Shown here in pieces: positions 29,629 to 38,325 of a stretch of 64,000 bases of DNA (positions are counted from its first letter, which is position 1; every line of letters starts with the position of its first letter). This stretch comes from an uncultured cyanobacterium (GTDB lineage: Bacteria; Cyanobacteriota; Cyanobacteriia; Pseudanabaenales; Pseudanabaenaceae), in NCBI GenBank assembly GCA_963703315.1, contig OY969811.1:2336001-2400000 (forward strand), given 5' to 3'. The position numbers and the translations under genes are program-made. Under the pieces are notes generated by a model. The model ran no database searches and was not told where the DNA came from. It was given only the letters and a program-made list of their open reading frames with translations.

Positions 29629-31365
29629 TTACAAGCGCTTAACTTTGCTTTTGAGAATCTTTTCCTCCACTTCATTGATTTGTACCTCACGCAATCGCGT
29701 TGCATAGGCAGGAAATGGAAAACCTACTAGCAACGGTGATGGAACTTCGGGCTGATGGATAAACATACTCCCTGATTTTAATAACAGCGATCGCTTCCGA
29801 CAAGCACCTGTCAAGAAATTATATTCAGGGCGTTCCACCTCGGCGGAGTCCAAACGACCAACCACCCGCACCGCCGCCTGTCCAACCACGCGCCGTTCTA
29901 CTTCTGAAGCAGTTTGTTGTGCGCCGATCAAAATAATGCCTAGCGATCGCCCTCGTTCTGCTATTTCCACTAATAGATCTTTAATGGGGCTACGACCTTC
30001 TTTGGGCGCATATTTATTCAACTCATCAAGGACGATAAAGACAACGGGATATTGACCACGCTTTTCCTTTTCCATGAAGAGTTTTTGTAACAGCACACCC
30101 ACGACAAACTTTTGGGCTTTACTACCGAGCTTGTTGATATCGGCGATCGTTAACTGATATTCCGCCGCAAGGGGATCGAGCTTATATTTTTGTAATTCTT
30201 CGGGTGGAAGATCGCCACGAATCAGATGCCCCATTTCATCGGCAATTCCCCAAAGACGACGGGTGAGAGCCTCCGCAGTCGCAGGAGCATTACGTCCTAG
30301 CCATTTTTGATCAGGATTCTCCACTAATTTATCTTCGAGAAATTCAATCAAATCACGGAAAGTTTCTACCTTGTCTTTGCCATCTTCACCATAGCTATCA
30401 TCTAAATCAAGACTAGCTCTAGGCATAAATCCTAGCTTTCTATCATATTTGTCATTATCCGCCGCTAATCTTGCCAAACGTTCTTCGACAATACTTGCCA
30501 AAAAGCCAATATTTCCACGCTCTAGATCGTCACCTGCAAATAAGAAACGAAAGAGGCGATCGCGACAAAATTCACGCATACCCCACACATAAGCGGAAAT
30601 ATTATCGGAACGTTGATCGAGATGGGGTTCTATCTCTTGCGTGTTTTTCTTAGGCGCAACACAAAACCGAACGTCTTGGAATGGCTCTACAGGTAGATCA
30701 AGGGCATGGTAAGTAGCTCGATCCTCTTCGCGCATCTTATTATTTGCTTTATCTAAGAAGAATAAATCTTCTCCCTTGACATTAAAAATTAGAGCTTTAG
30801 TATTTGCTCTTTTGGAACCAAGTGCTGCCGAATTAAAAATGGAATGGAGCAGAAATAGAGCAAAGGAAGTTTTAGTGGCTACGCCTGAAATTCCTGAAAT
30901 ATTGACATGAGCGCCTTTCGTACCATCGATAAATTCATAATTCAAATAGGCTGGACTGCCATTTCGCATGATTCCTGCGGAGATGCGTTGTTCCATGCCA
31001 TCGAAGTTTAGCGCAAATCGGAGGTTCTCATCTTCGGCTAAATAGACCGCATCGCTGGGCTGTGGTGGTAAATACTCTTCTGGCTCAATGCGTGTGACTT
31101 GGATATGGGCAGCATAGGAGACATTCACGGGCATACTGCCACTGGTAACTAGGAATGTATCCGTATCAAATTGGGTTCCTTCATGGATGGTTCGCACATG
31201 ATCAACGACTCCATAGAAGTTGACGACCCCTTTTTTGTCAGGGCGATCAGTCTTTACCTGTATGACATCATCAAGGCGAAGGACTTTACCATCGCTGACT
31301 GCCACCCAAAATTCGAGAGGTGTAGCGTCTTTGGTTCCTAATATGTATCCAATCGGCTCGATCAT
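29629..31365 (-). CDS. herA: HerA-like (HAS barrel + DUF87) ATPase
   Basis: HAS-like N-terminus, variant Walker A GISGVATKTS, VLDELNKYAP, ERGRSLG, GAQQ. Confidence 0.85.
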   Translation of the reverse strand: MIEPIGYILGTKDATPLEFWVAVSDGKVLRLDDVIQVKTDRPDKKGVVNFYGVVDHVRTIHEGTQFDTDTFLVTSGSMPVNVSYAAHIQVTRIEPEEYLPPQPSDAVYLAEDENLRFALNFDGMEQRISAGIMRNGSPAYLNYEFIDGTKGAHVNISGISGVATKTSFALFLLHSIFNSAALGSKRANTKALIFNVKGEDLFFLDKANNKMREEDRATYHALDLPVEPFQDVRFCVAPKKNTQEIEPHLDQRSDNISAYVWGMREFCRDRLFRFLFAGDDLERGNIGFLASIVEERLARLAADNDKYDRKLGFMPRASLDLDDSYGEDGKDKVETFRDLIEFLEDKLVENPDQKWLGRNAPATAEALTRRLWGIADEMGHLIRGDLPPEELQKYKLDPLAAEYQLTIADINKLGSKAQKFVVGVLLQKLFMEKEKRGQYPVVFIVLDELNKYAPKEGRSPIKDLLVEIAERGRSLGIILIGAQQTASEVERRVVGQAAVRVVGRLDSAEVERPEYNFLTGACRKRSLLLKSGSMFIHQPEVPSPLLVGFPFPAYATRLREVQINEVEEKILKSKVKRL

Positions 31366-31424
31366 GTCATTACTTCTATTTTGTTTTGCAAGTTCTGCAA
31401 ATATTTTATACCAGTTCTCCCAAG

Positions 31425-31570
31425 AGCTATAGGAGTTTTCATTTTGCCAAAGGTAAAATGAAAACTCCTATAGCTAGGCATAAGTAAACTTAAAACCTAG
31501 AAGCTTGTACCGCCCGCTAAGCGGGCGGTACAAGCTCTGGTTTTGGGTTTTAACTATGCTGAGCTACTTA
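31425..31570. mobile_element. Triloop palindrome (31425-31475) fused to a family-B MITE whose end supplies the rsmI stop codon
   Basis: agctataggagttttcattttgcc-aaa-ggtaaaatgaaaactcctatagct, then tagctaggcataag...agcttgtaccgcccgc-taa-gcgggcggtacaagct...gagctactta. Confidence 0.7.
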
Positions 31571-32404
31571 CAAAGTAAGCGCTAGCTGATAAATTTGGCG
31601 GCGTGGTAATTCGGCGAGTTCGGCTAATTGACGACTGGCTTCCGATCGCGAAATCCCTGAATCAATCAAATTTTGAAGTTCTTTCAAAATTACATCCTCA
31701 GTCCATATCGGCTTTTCACTAAGTTTTGCGCCTTCTAAAACTAACGTAAATTCACCTTTAGGAGCATGAATCGTAAAATAGGAAATAGCATCTTCTATAG
31801 AACCGCGCCAAAATTCTTCATGGAGTTTAGTGAGTTCTCTAGCGATCGCAATTTGCCGCTCTTTACCTAAACTTTCTGCTAAGTCTTCAAGAGTCCGCAA
31901 TAACCGATGGGGCGCTTCATAGAGAATCATTGTCCGCGTTTCTAACCGCAAGATTTCTAAGCGATCGCGCCGTTCTTTTTTATCCGTTGGTAAAAATCCA
32001 TCAAACCCAAAATGCTGTGTGGCAAATCCCGAAGCCGTTAATGCGGCAATTCCTGCGGTGACAACGGGAATCGGTACAACCCGCACTCCCGCCGCAATAC
32101 AACCCTGTACCAGTTCCACCCCAGGGTCAGAAATCGCAGGCATTCCTGCATCGGTAACTAAGGCGATCGCCATCCCTTGCTGTAACTTTTCTACTAGCTC
32201 AGGTACACGTTTAAAAGCATTATGCTCATGATAACTAGTTTGGGGAGTCTCAATCCCAAAATGGTGTAACAGCTTACCTGTATGTCTTGTATCCTCCGCC
32301 GCGATTAAATCCACTTGTTTTAATGTGGAGATCGCCCTGAAAGTCATATCCTCCAAATTACCAATGGGTGTTCCGACTAAATAGAGAATTCCTGAAGCTT
32401 TCAT
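31568..32404 (-). CDS. rsmI: 16S rRNA C1402 2'-O-methyltransferase
   Basis: TPIGNLED, AEDTRHT, DAGMPAISDPG, YEAPHRL, RELTKLHEE. Confidence 0.96.
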   Translation of the reverse strand: MKASGILYLVGTPIGNLEDMTFRAISTLKQVDLIAAEDTRHTGKLLHHFGIETPQTSYHEHNAFKRVPELVEKLQQGMAIALVTDAGMPAISDPGVELVQGCIAAGVRVVPIPVVTAGIAALTASGFATQHFGFDGFLPTDKKERRDRLEILRLETRTMILYEAPHRLLRTLEDLAESLGKERQIAIARELTKLHEEFWRGSIEDAISYFTIHAPKGEFTLVLEGAKLSEKPIWTEDVILKELQNLIDSGISRSEASRQLAELAELPRRQIYQLALTL

Positions 32405-32407
32405 TAA

Positions 32408-32731
32408 TTAGCGCCACTGTTTATTTTCTAGATCACGCATCTGACGTTCAAGACGATCGATCCTTCCACGCAATTCATCCATTTCATTTTGACGCGGCAC
32501 ACCCAAGTCCTGCATCACATTCCGAATCTGACGCTGAATTAATGTCTCCAGATTTCCTTGCTCTGACTTGAGGCGGCTGGCAATATCATTCAGAATTTCC
32601 GAAGCTTGATCAGGATCAATCTTGCCATCCTTGACCCAATCTTCACTAGCTTCTTTTATTTTTTCTAACACAAGGGAAGTCGTACCGACACCAAGCATTA
32701 GTAACTGCTTCAGCAAATTATTACTATCCAT
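32408..32731 (-). CDS. Phasin-like (polymer granule-associated) small protein
   Basis: LMLGVG....EK......WVK.G and EMDELRGRIDRLE pattern. Confidence 0.8.
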   Translation of the reverse strand: MDSNNLLKQLLMLGVGTTSLVLEKIKEASEDWVKDGKIDPDQASEILNDIASRLKSEQGNLETLIQRQIRNVMQDLGVPRQNEMDELRGRIDRLERQMRDLENKQWR

Positions 32732-32857
32732 AACTCTATGCAATCCTTAAAGCCGATCTATCCCTCTATCATACTACTCTTCCCCGTGTAGATATTGAGT
32801 GACGGCGCATCGCGCCGCCACTCAATGCTTGGTTTTACAAATAAACTGCGATCGCTA

Positions 32858-32894
32858 TAAAAGTAAGGGCAATTCATAAATTGCCCTTACTTTT
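32858..32894. repeat. REP-like palindrome (GGGCAATTCAT.AATTGCCC)
   Basis: aaaagtaagggcaattcataaattgcccttactttt; preceded by a triloop hairpin at about 32793-32827 and a HIP1 site. Confidence 0.65.
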
Positions 32895-32986
32895 GAAGTT
32901 TTGCATCTCAAAGACCTTAGCGATTGCTATACTTTAAGCTGTTTTAACGTTTTCAATTTCAGAAAAACTTTCAAGTAGGTTAATTT

Positions 32987-33469
32987 ATGATCCGTGCTGT
33001 AATAGAAACTGCTAAAGGCACAATCCGTGCTGAGCTTGACGACCAACACGCCCCAATTACTGTCAAAAACTTTGTAGATCTATCTAAGCACGGTTTTTAT
33101 GACGGACTCACTTTCCATCGTGTCGAACCAGGATTTGTAATTCAAGGTGGCGATCCTCTCGGTAATGGTACTGGCGGATCAGGCGATCGCATCAAACTCG
33201 AAATCTGGGCAGAGGGTGATACTGAAGCTACCATTGGTCAAATTTTGACAGGTGGCAAGAAGCCTGTTATTAAGCACAATCGAGCAGGTGTATTCTCAAT
33301 GGCACGCACTAATGATCCCAATAGTGCCACCAGTCAATTTTTTATTACGCTAGGTGATGCTTCATTTTTAGACGGTCAATATGCAGCGTTCGGCTATACC
33401 GATGACACTGAAGTTGCTCAAGCAATCCGTCGTGGTGATAAAATCCTCTCAATTAAAATCGAAGAATAA
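32987..33469 (+). CDS. Cyclophilin-type peptidyl-prolyl isomerase
   Basis: FYDGLTFHRV..GFVIQGGDP, SMAR, SQFFI, LDGQYAAFG. Confidence 0.95.
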   Translation: MIRAVIETAKGTIRAELDDQHAPITVKNFVDLSKHGFYDGLTFHRVEPGFVIQGGDPLGNGTGGSGDRIKLEIWAEGDTEATIGQILTGGKKPVIKHNRAGVFSMARTNDPNSATSQFFITLGDASFLDGQYAAFGYTDDTEVAQAIRRGDKILSIKIEE

Positions 33470-33503
33470 ACAAAAAAAGGGGCTTTGCCCCTTTTTTTGT
33501 TTA
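33467..33503. terminator. Stop-to-stop perfect palindrome, bidirectional terminator-like
   Basis: taaacaaaaaaaggggc-ttt-gcccctttttttgttta. Confidence 0.8.
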
Positions 33504-35189
33504 CACGCCAACTAAACTCTGAATCACAGATTGCAAATCCGTCAGAACTTGTGAAGAGTTACTACCATTAGACATTACCCCTAAGTCCTGAACCGCAGCC
33601 TCCAGTTGAGGACGGAGGGTATCGACAATATCTTGAACAGGTCGTAAGAGTTGTTCTTGAGCGCTAATTTGTCCTAACAAATCGGCTACAGCCTTAATCC
33701 GTTCTTGATGTTGAACTTCTAAGGCACGGATCGCTTGCTCTTGTTGTAAATGATCTTGAGCTTGCTTGCCGATCATCTCCTGTTGTTGCTGCGTATAGTT
33801 TCTAACTGCCTCAATTTGACTCTCCATCTTACGGAGTTCCTGTTCTTGGCGATTCTTTTGAGATTCAATTTGCAATAGCAAAGGTAATAAACTTTGTACA
33901 GGACTTACTTCAACACTAATTCCCTTACGACGATCTAAAATTGCTTTTTGCTGATTTAGAACTGAGAGTCGTTCCTGCATACTGCGTCTCATCCCTGAAA
34001 CACTCTCTTCAAGTAGCTTATATTGCTCCTCTGCAAATTCTTTATTACTTTCTAATTCGATACGAGCAAACTGATCAGCCGTCTCCACCTGACTTTGCAA
34101 ATCGGCAATTTCACCTTCTAATCCCGCTAATTCATCCTCTTGAGCGCTAACATAGTTAGCTAGCTTATCAAAATCAGCTTGAAGAACTTTAATTGTTGAT
34201 TCTAGCTCTTCAATCGACATTGCTTGCAACCGACTTTCTTCTTCGGGACTAAGGAATTCAATGCTACCCGGTCCACCAAATGACTCGATCGCATGGGATG
34301 TTTGCTCATACAGATCGATTTGGGCATCTAGCTGCACCCTAGACATCGCCATATTATTTTCTTGGAGCTTCAGAATGCCGCGTTGAGCCTTTAGTTCTGC
34401 TTGGGCATCTGCCAATGCTATTTGAGTTTGCTGCCACTGATTTTTCCGCGAATCAAGATCTTCCGTTGATTTCAGAAGTAGTGCCTTTTGCTTTTCGGCT
34501 TCACTTTTTAGTCCATCGAGACTTTGCCAAAATCCCGTTAACATTTCTTGGCGCTTATTAATTAGATCAAGGGCGCTATGAATTCTATCTCTAAGGGCAT
34601 CAGGATTTGTAAAACTTGTTGATAACCGACTAATCAGGGTCTTAATATGGTCAGCCTGTTCGACGGTGAGGGCGGCTGCCTTAGCCTCAAACTTACCTCT
34701 CTCCGCTTCAATACCATTACGCAACTGTTCAATTTCAGTACGTTCTTTGGCTAGCTTTTCTTCTAACTCCTCAACTTCTTGTCGTCTTGTATCAAGATGC
34801 TCTAGTTCAAGGTGTTTTTGTTCTAATTCTTGTTCGCGACGATGTAACTCTTGCGCTTGAAAATTAAGAGATTGTTTCCACTGTTCAACTTCTTCTTCGG
34901 CGGATTTATACTTATCTTGCGATCGCGAATAAGCTTGCAAGATATTAACAATTTTTCGAGAAGCCTCTTGAATACTCTGAACTTGGTTGCTACCTGTGAT
35001 CTCAGCAACCACCATCTGACCATCTTTAAAGTCTCTTGCCTGCCCCGCATCTTGAATCGGCAAAATCTGCTCGTTCGTAATCGGCTGCCAAACGTTTTCA
35101 CCCGTATTACGTGCTAGTAGACGGACGGACGAGTTACCACCTAATCCAAAAGCTGCTTGAGTTTTTTGAAGTTCCGCTAAGTACTGCAC
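33501..35189 (-). CDS. hmpF: Pilus motility/taxis coiled-coil protein HmpF
   Basis: N-terminus MQYLAELQK...LLA....W, EEVEQWKQSL.FQ.QEL.RRE, long coiled coil. Confidence 0.85.
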   Translation of the reverse strand: MQYLAELQKTQAAFGLGGNSSVRLLARNTGENVWQPITNEQILPIQDAGQARDFKDGQMVVAEITGSNQVQSIQEASRKIVNILQAYSRSQDKYKSAEEEVEQWKQSLNFQAQELHRREQELEQKHLELEHLDTRRQEVEELEEKLAKERTEIEQLRNGIEAERGKFEAKAAALTVEQADHIKTLISRLSTSFTNPDALRDRIHSALDLINKRQEMLTGFWQSLDGLKSEAEKQKALLLKSTEDLDSRKNQWQQTQIALADAQAELKAQRGILKLQENNMAMSRVQLDAQIDLYEQTSHAIESFGGPGSIEFLSPEEESRLQAMSIEELESTIKVLQADFDKLANYVSAQEDELAGLEGEIADLQSQVETADQFARIELESNKEFAEEQYKLLEESVSGMRRSMQERLSVLNQQKAILDRRKGISVEVSPVQSLLPLLLQIESQKNRQEQELRKMESQIEAVRNYTQQQQEMIGKQAQDHLQQEQAIRALEVQHQERIKAVADLLGQISAQEQLLRPVQDIVDTLRPQLEAAVQDLGVMSNGSNSSQVLTDLQSVIQSLVGV

Positions 35190-35360
35190 GCTGAATATAC
35201 TCCTGTTTTTCTGATGCTAACTTTCAGATTGACATGACGAAAGAGCAAAAACTCGTCAAAGACAATACCAAATAGACTAGTTTCTAGTCTCATACTACCT
35301 AATTACACAATCATTTTGGCTGTATCTTTTAAGACTGTTTGGGAGTTTTAAAAGTAAAGC

Positions 35361-36389
35361 TTATTGCCTAATGTTTTTGGGGTCAAGTGCATCTCGCAAA
35401 CTATCGCCCAAGAGATTAAATGATAACACTGTCAACACTATTGCTAGTGCAGGAGCCCAGACTAGCCAAGGTTGCAGAATCACAATCGAGGCGTTTGTCG
35501 ATAAAGACAGCATATTACCCCAAGAGGGATCAGGTGGTTGGATACCCAGTCCCACAAGGCTTAAGACTGCTTCCAAGACTATAAATCGGGGGATATCGAG
35601 AGTGGCGGAGATGATAATGAATGTGATGGTTTGAGGTAAAACATGATGCATAATGATCCGCAATGGATTGGCTCCTGATGCACGAGCTGCCAAGATGAAG
35701 GTTTGTTCTTTGATAGACAATACTTGCCCTCGAATAACTCTGGCTAACCCTGCCCATGACACAAAGGAAATAATCGCAATGATTAACGCGAATCGCTGAG
35801 TATTGCTGATTTGGGGGGGCAAAATTGCAGTTAATGCTACTAATAAATATATTGAGGGAACTGACATCAGCACTTCAACAAAGCGCATTAAAATTACATC
35901 CAGCCAACCACCGATATAACCAGAGATACCGCCAACGATACACCCAATTGTATAGGAGATGATTGTACCGATAAAGCCAATCAATAGACTAATCCTTCCG
36001 CCATGAAGTAGGCGTGTCAACTGATCTCGACCTTGTTCATCGGTTCCAAGTAGATTTAGCTTGCCTGAATTGGCAGTACTAAATAAATGTCCGCCATGAA
36101 AAAGTTGGATTTGTGATGGTTTGGTGTAATCAACGATCAGAGCGCGATCGCCTGTTTCAAGATCGACGTTGCCTTGAGTAGTGGGATAGACATGAGCGCC
36201 AATAAATTGTCCCTGTTGATTTTGCCAATAAATTTGAGTTGGCGGTAATAAAGCACCATTTTTGGCTTGTTCATTGACACCATAAGGTGAGACAAAATCC
36301 GCAAATATAGCTAAGCCATAGAAAGTCGTCAAAATTACAATGCCAATCCAAGCGAGAGGGTTAGCTCTGAGTCGTTTCCACCAAGTCAT
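35361..36389 (-). CDS. Peptide ABC transporter permease (OppC/DppC)
   Basis: LGTDEQGRD, RGQVLS.KE..F..AARA.GA, PSWG.ML, GD.LRDALDP. Confidence 0.93.
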   Translation of the reverse strand: MTWWKRLRANPLAWIGIVILTTFYGLAIFADFVSPYGVNEQAKNGALLPPTQIYWQNQQGQFIGAHVYPTTQGNVDLETGDRALIVDYTKPSQIQLFHGGHLFSTANSGKLNLLGTDEQGRDQLTRLLHGGRISLLIGFIGTIISYTIGCIVGGISGYIGGWLDVILMRFVEVLMSVPSIYLLVALTAILPPQISNTQRFALIIAIISFVSWAGLARVIRGQVLSIKEQTFILAARASGANPLRIIMHHVLPQTITFIIISATLDIPRFIVLEAVLSLVGLGIQPPDPSWGNMLSLSTNASIVILQPWLVWAPALAIVLTVLSFNLLGDSLRDALDPKNIRQ

Positions 36390-36574
36390 TAGGAACCTTT
36401 GAGTGCTTTGAAAAAGTTTTTGCGATAGTTACCGTTGAGGGCGAATAGTACTGGCCAGAGCAGAGCTAGTACGATTTGGTTTCCCTCAAAGTCGGTGCGG
36501 CGAAATCCTTGCAAAAATTTCACAAATCCAAATACATAGGCAATTAGTACCAAAATTGCAATTAGTTGTGGCAT
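36389..36574 (-). CDS. Small cyanobacterial membrane protein
   Basis: 61 aa; KF..GF.RT.F and LWPVL...N..YR.NF.KAL; GGAG RBS; TAATG coupling to the permease gene. Confidence 0.8.
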   Translation of the reverse strand: MPQLIAILVLIAYVFGFVKFLQGFRRTDFEGNQIVLALLWPVLFALNGNYRKNFFKALKGS

Positions 36575-36751
36575 ATATCAATCTCCGATGATTAATTATC
36601 TAATCTAGCATCAACAAAACTAATGACGATCGCAATTAACGATCGCAAATTAAATAACATATTAAGAGTAGGGGCGGGTTTAGCCAATAATTTGATCATG
36701 CACTATAAGACTACTCGTTATGCAAGCAGTTCATCTTTTGAGATTTTCAGG

Positions 36752-37159
36752 TTACATCAGGGTTACATAAATAAAAGCAGCGATCGCCATTAATATCAGT
36801 AGGGCATAAACAATAACACGTCCCCATACAGCTATAAATAAACCCAACAAGTTCCAAAACGTGACTCTAGCTGTACCATTCCACGCAGGACGAAATTTAC
36901 TAATCTCAACTTTTTCATAGGATGTTATCTGATTAATTGACAGAACTTGATAATGCAATCTGCCAAATGGGTGTAACAGTTTAAACTGTTGGTAGCGATG
37001 GTGAGCAGGCTTCCAACGATTACGCAGATTTTTCGCTTTGCCAACATACAGCACAATCCATAGAGCCGTAACGTAGTACACACCTGCATCTTGGGGTAAT
37101 TCTTTTAATTTCTCAATAGATTTGGATGGTAGCCAAAAAATACGCAGCCATTCGAGCAT
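36752..37159 (-). CDS. GIY-YIG nuclease domain with C-terminal TM helices
   Basis: GVYY...LYVGKAKNLRNRW, E...I....P.WN, hydrophobic C-terminus. Confidence 0.8.
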   Translation of the reverse strand: MLEWLRIFWLPSKSIEKLKELPQDAGVYYVTALWIVLYVGKAKNLRNRWKPAHHRYQQFKLLHPFGRLHYQVLSINQITSYEKVEISKFRPAWNGTARVTFWNLLGLFIAVWGRVIVYALLILMAIAAFIYVTLM

Positions 37160-37289
37160 AGGTGATTTACTATCCTAGAGTATTTATTCCTAGAGATTTT
37201 CTTACTTTTAAGCGATCGCCATCACAGTTGAGATATAACTAAGATGCTTTGATTAAGTAATCTAAATTGTCTAGTTAGGTTTTGCTTAT

Positions 37290-37424
37290 ATGTCAGATTT
37301 TAATCGCGGCATCATGAAATTCGAGAATGCCGATAGTCCTGTATCAATCGTACTTTCTAGTGTTGTTGTTTTGAGCATGATCGGATTCCTGCTCTGGTGG
37401 GGCTTCCAGACTGCTTACGTCTAA
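37290..37424 (+). CDS. ndhQ: NDH-1 subunit NdhQ (44 aa; not in the ORF track)
   Basis: Translation MSDFNRGIMKFENADSPVSIVLSSVVVLSMIGFLLWWGFQTAYV matches the DFNRGIMKF..ADSP...WW....AY NdhQ pattern as I recall it. Confidence 0.9.
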   Translation: MSDFNRGIMKFENADSPVSIVLSSVVVLSMIGFLLWWGFQTAYV

Positions 37425-37435
37425 GTTCGTCATTT

Positions 37436-37470
37436 AAATAAAAGGCGGCGCGAAGCGCCGCCTTTTATTT
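37436..37470. terminator. Triloop palindrome / terminator after ndhQ
   Basis: aaataaaaggcggcgc-gaa-gcgccgccttttattt. Confidence 0.7.
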
Positions 37471-37522
37471 TTGCCTTTAATTTGTTAAGTTAAGCCGAAA
37501 CCTTTTATTAAGTTACTGAATA

Positions 37523-38011
37523 ATGACCGTCACCACTTCTCAGAATGAACAACTCGGAGCCGCGATCGGGGCTATCCCTAGTGGGTTGTTTATCGTTACC
37601 TCTCAACAAAACGGTAAAACAGCAACGATGCTTGCCTCATGGGTACAGCAATCTGGCTTTAATCCTCCCTCTGTGACCATTATCGTAGCTAAGGGTAGAC
37701 CGATTGAGTCTTTCTTAACAGTTGGCAGTCCCGTTGTGATTAACATTGGCGAAAAAGGTCAAGGTAAAATCATTGGTCATTTTGCGAAGGGATTTGCCCC
37801 CGATGCTGATCCTTTTGAGGGACTTGAAACTGGCATTGCTCCCAGTGGTCAACCCTATTTACTAGATGCGATCGCCTATCTTGATGCAACAGTCACAGGC
37901 AGTCTTGATGCGGGTGATCATACTGTTATTCTGGCAACTATTAATGCGGGCGATCGCCTCCGTGATGGTGAACCTGCCATCCATACCCGTAAAAATGGTT
38001 TCAAATATTAG
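37523..38011 (+). CDS. Flavin reductase-like protein
   Basis: IPSGLFIVT, SWVQQ..F.PP, AGDH, H.RKNG..Y. Confidence 0.92.
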   Translation: MTVTTSQNEQLGAAIGAIPSGLFIVTSQQNGKTATMLASWVQQSGFNPPSVTIIVAKGRPIESFLTVGSPVVINIGEKGQGKIIGHFAKGFAPDADPFEGLETGIAPSGQPYLLDAIAYLDATVTGSLDAGDHTVILATINAGDRLRDGEPAIHTRKNGFKY

Positions 38012-38015
38012 TTCA

Positions 38016-38062
38016 AATTAATGCAAAGAGTTGGTGCTTTGCACCAACTCTTTGCATTAATT
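38016..38062. repeat. Perfect 22-bp triloop palindrome
   Basis: aattaatgcaaagagttggtgc-ttt-gcaccaactctttgcattaatt. Confidence 0.85.
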
Positions 38063-38102
38063 GCAATGATTCCAAAAAGTTGCAAGAAATTTCAAAAAAC
38101 AT

Positions 38103-38131
38103 TTGACATTAATCACAATATTTGTCATATT
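38103..38131 (+). promoter_or_regulatory. Sigma70-type promoter of tRNA-Gly
   Basis: TTGACA, 17-nt spacer, then TGtCATATT extended -10-like element. Confidence 0.6.
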
Positions 38132-38174
38132 AATAAAGCGCTAAACGCGAACCAGCGTAAAAGCAAAACACATT

Positions 38175-38246
38175 GCGGGTGTGGCTCAGTGGTAGAGCAT
38201 CTCCTTGCCAAGGAGAATGTCGTGGGTTCGAATCCCATCACCCGCT
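38175..38246 (+). tRNA. tRNA-Gly(GCC), CCA not encoded
   Basis: Acceptor stem GCGGGTG/CACCCGC, anticodon arm TCTCC-TTGCCAA-GGAGA, T-loop GGTTCGAATCC; terminator hairpin follows. Confidence 0.97.
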
Positions 38247-38325
38247 TACAAAAAAGAGATAAACTTGCGTAGCAAGTTTATCTCTTTTCGTTTTTAACAA
38301 GCAATTATTTACAGGGATTAAATCT

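Noticed and set aside
29629..31365. Sir2-HerA or DUF4297-HerA defence system
   Set aside because: No partner effector gene is adjacent, and the motifs look like the NurA-associated repair-type HerA.
38021..38272. 83-aa ORF from the track
   Set aside because: It runs through a palindrome, the promoter and the tRNA gene, so it is spurious.
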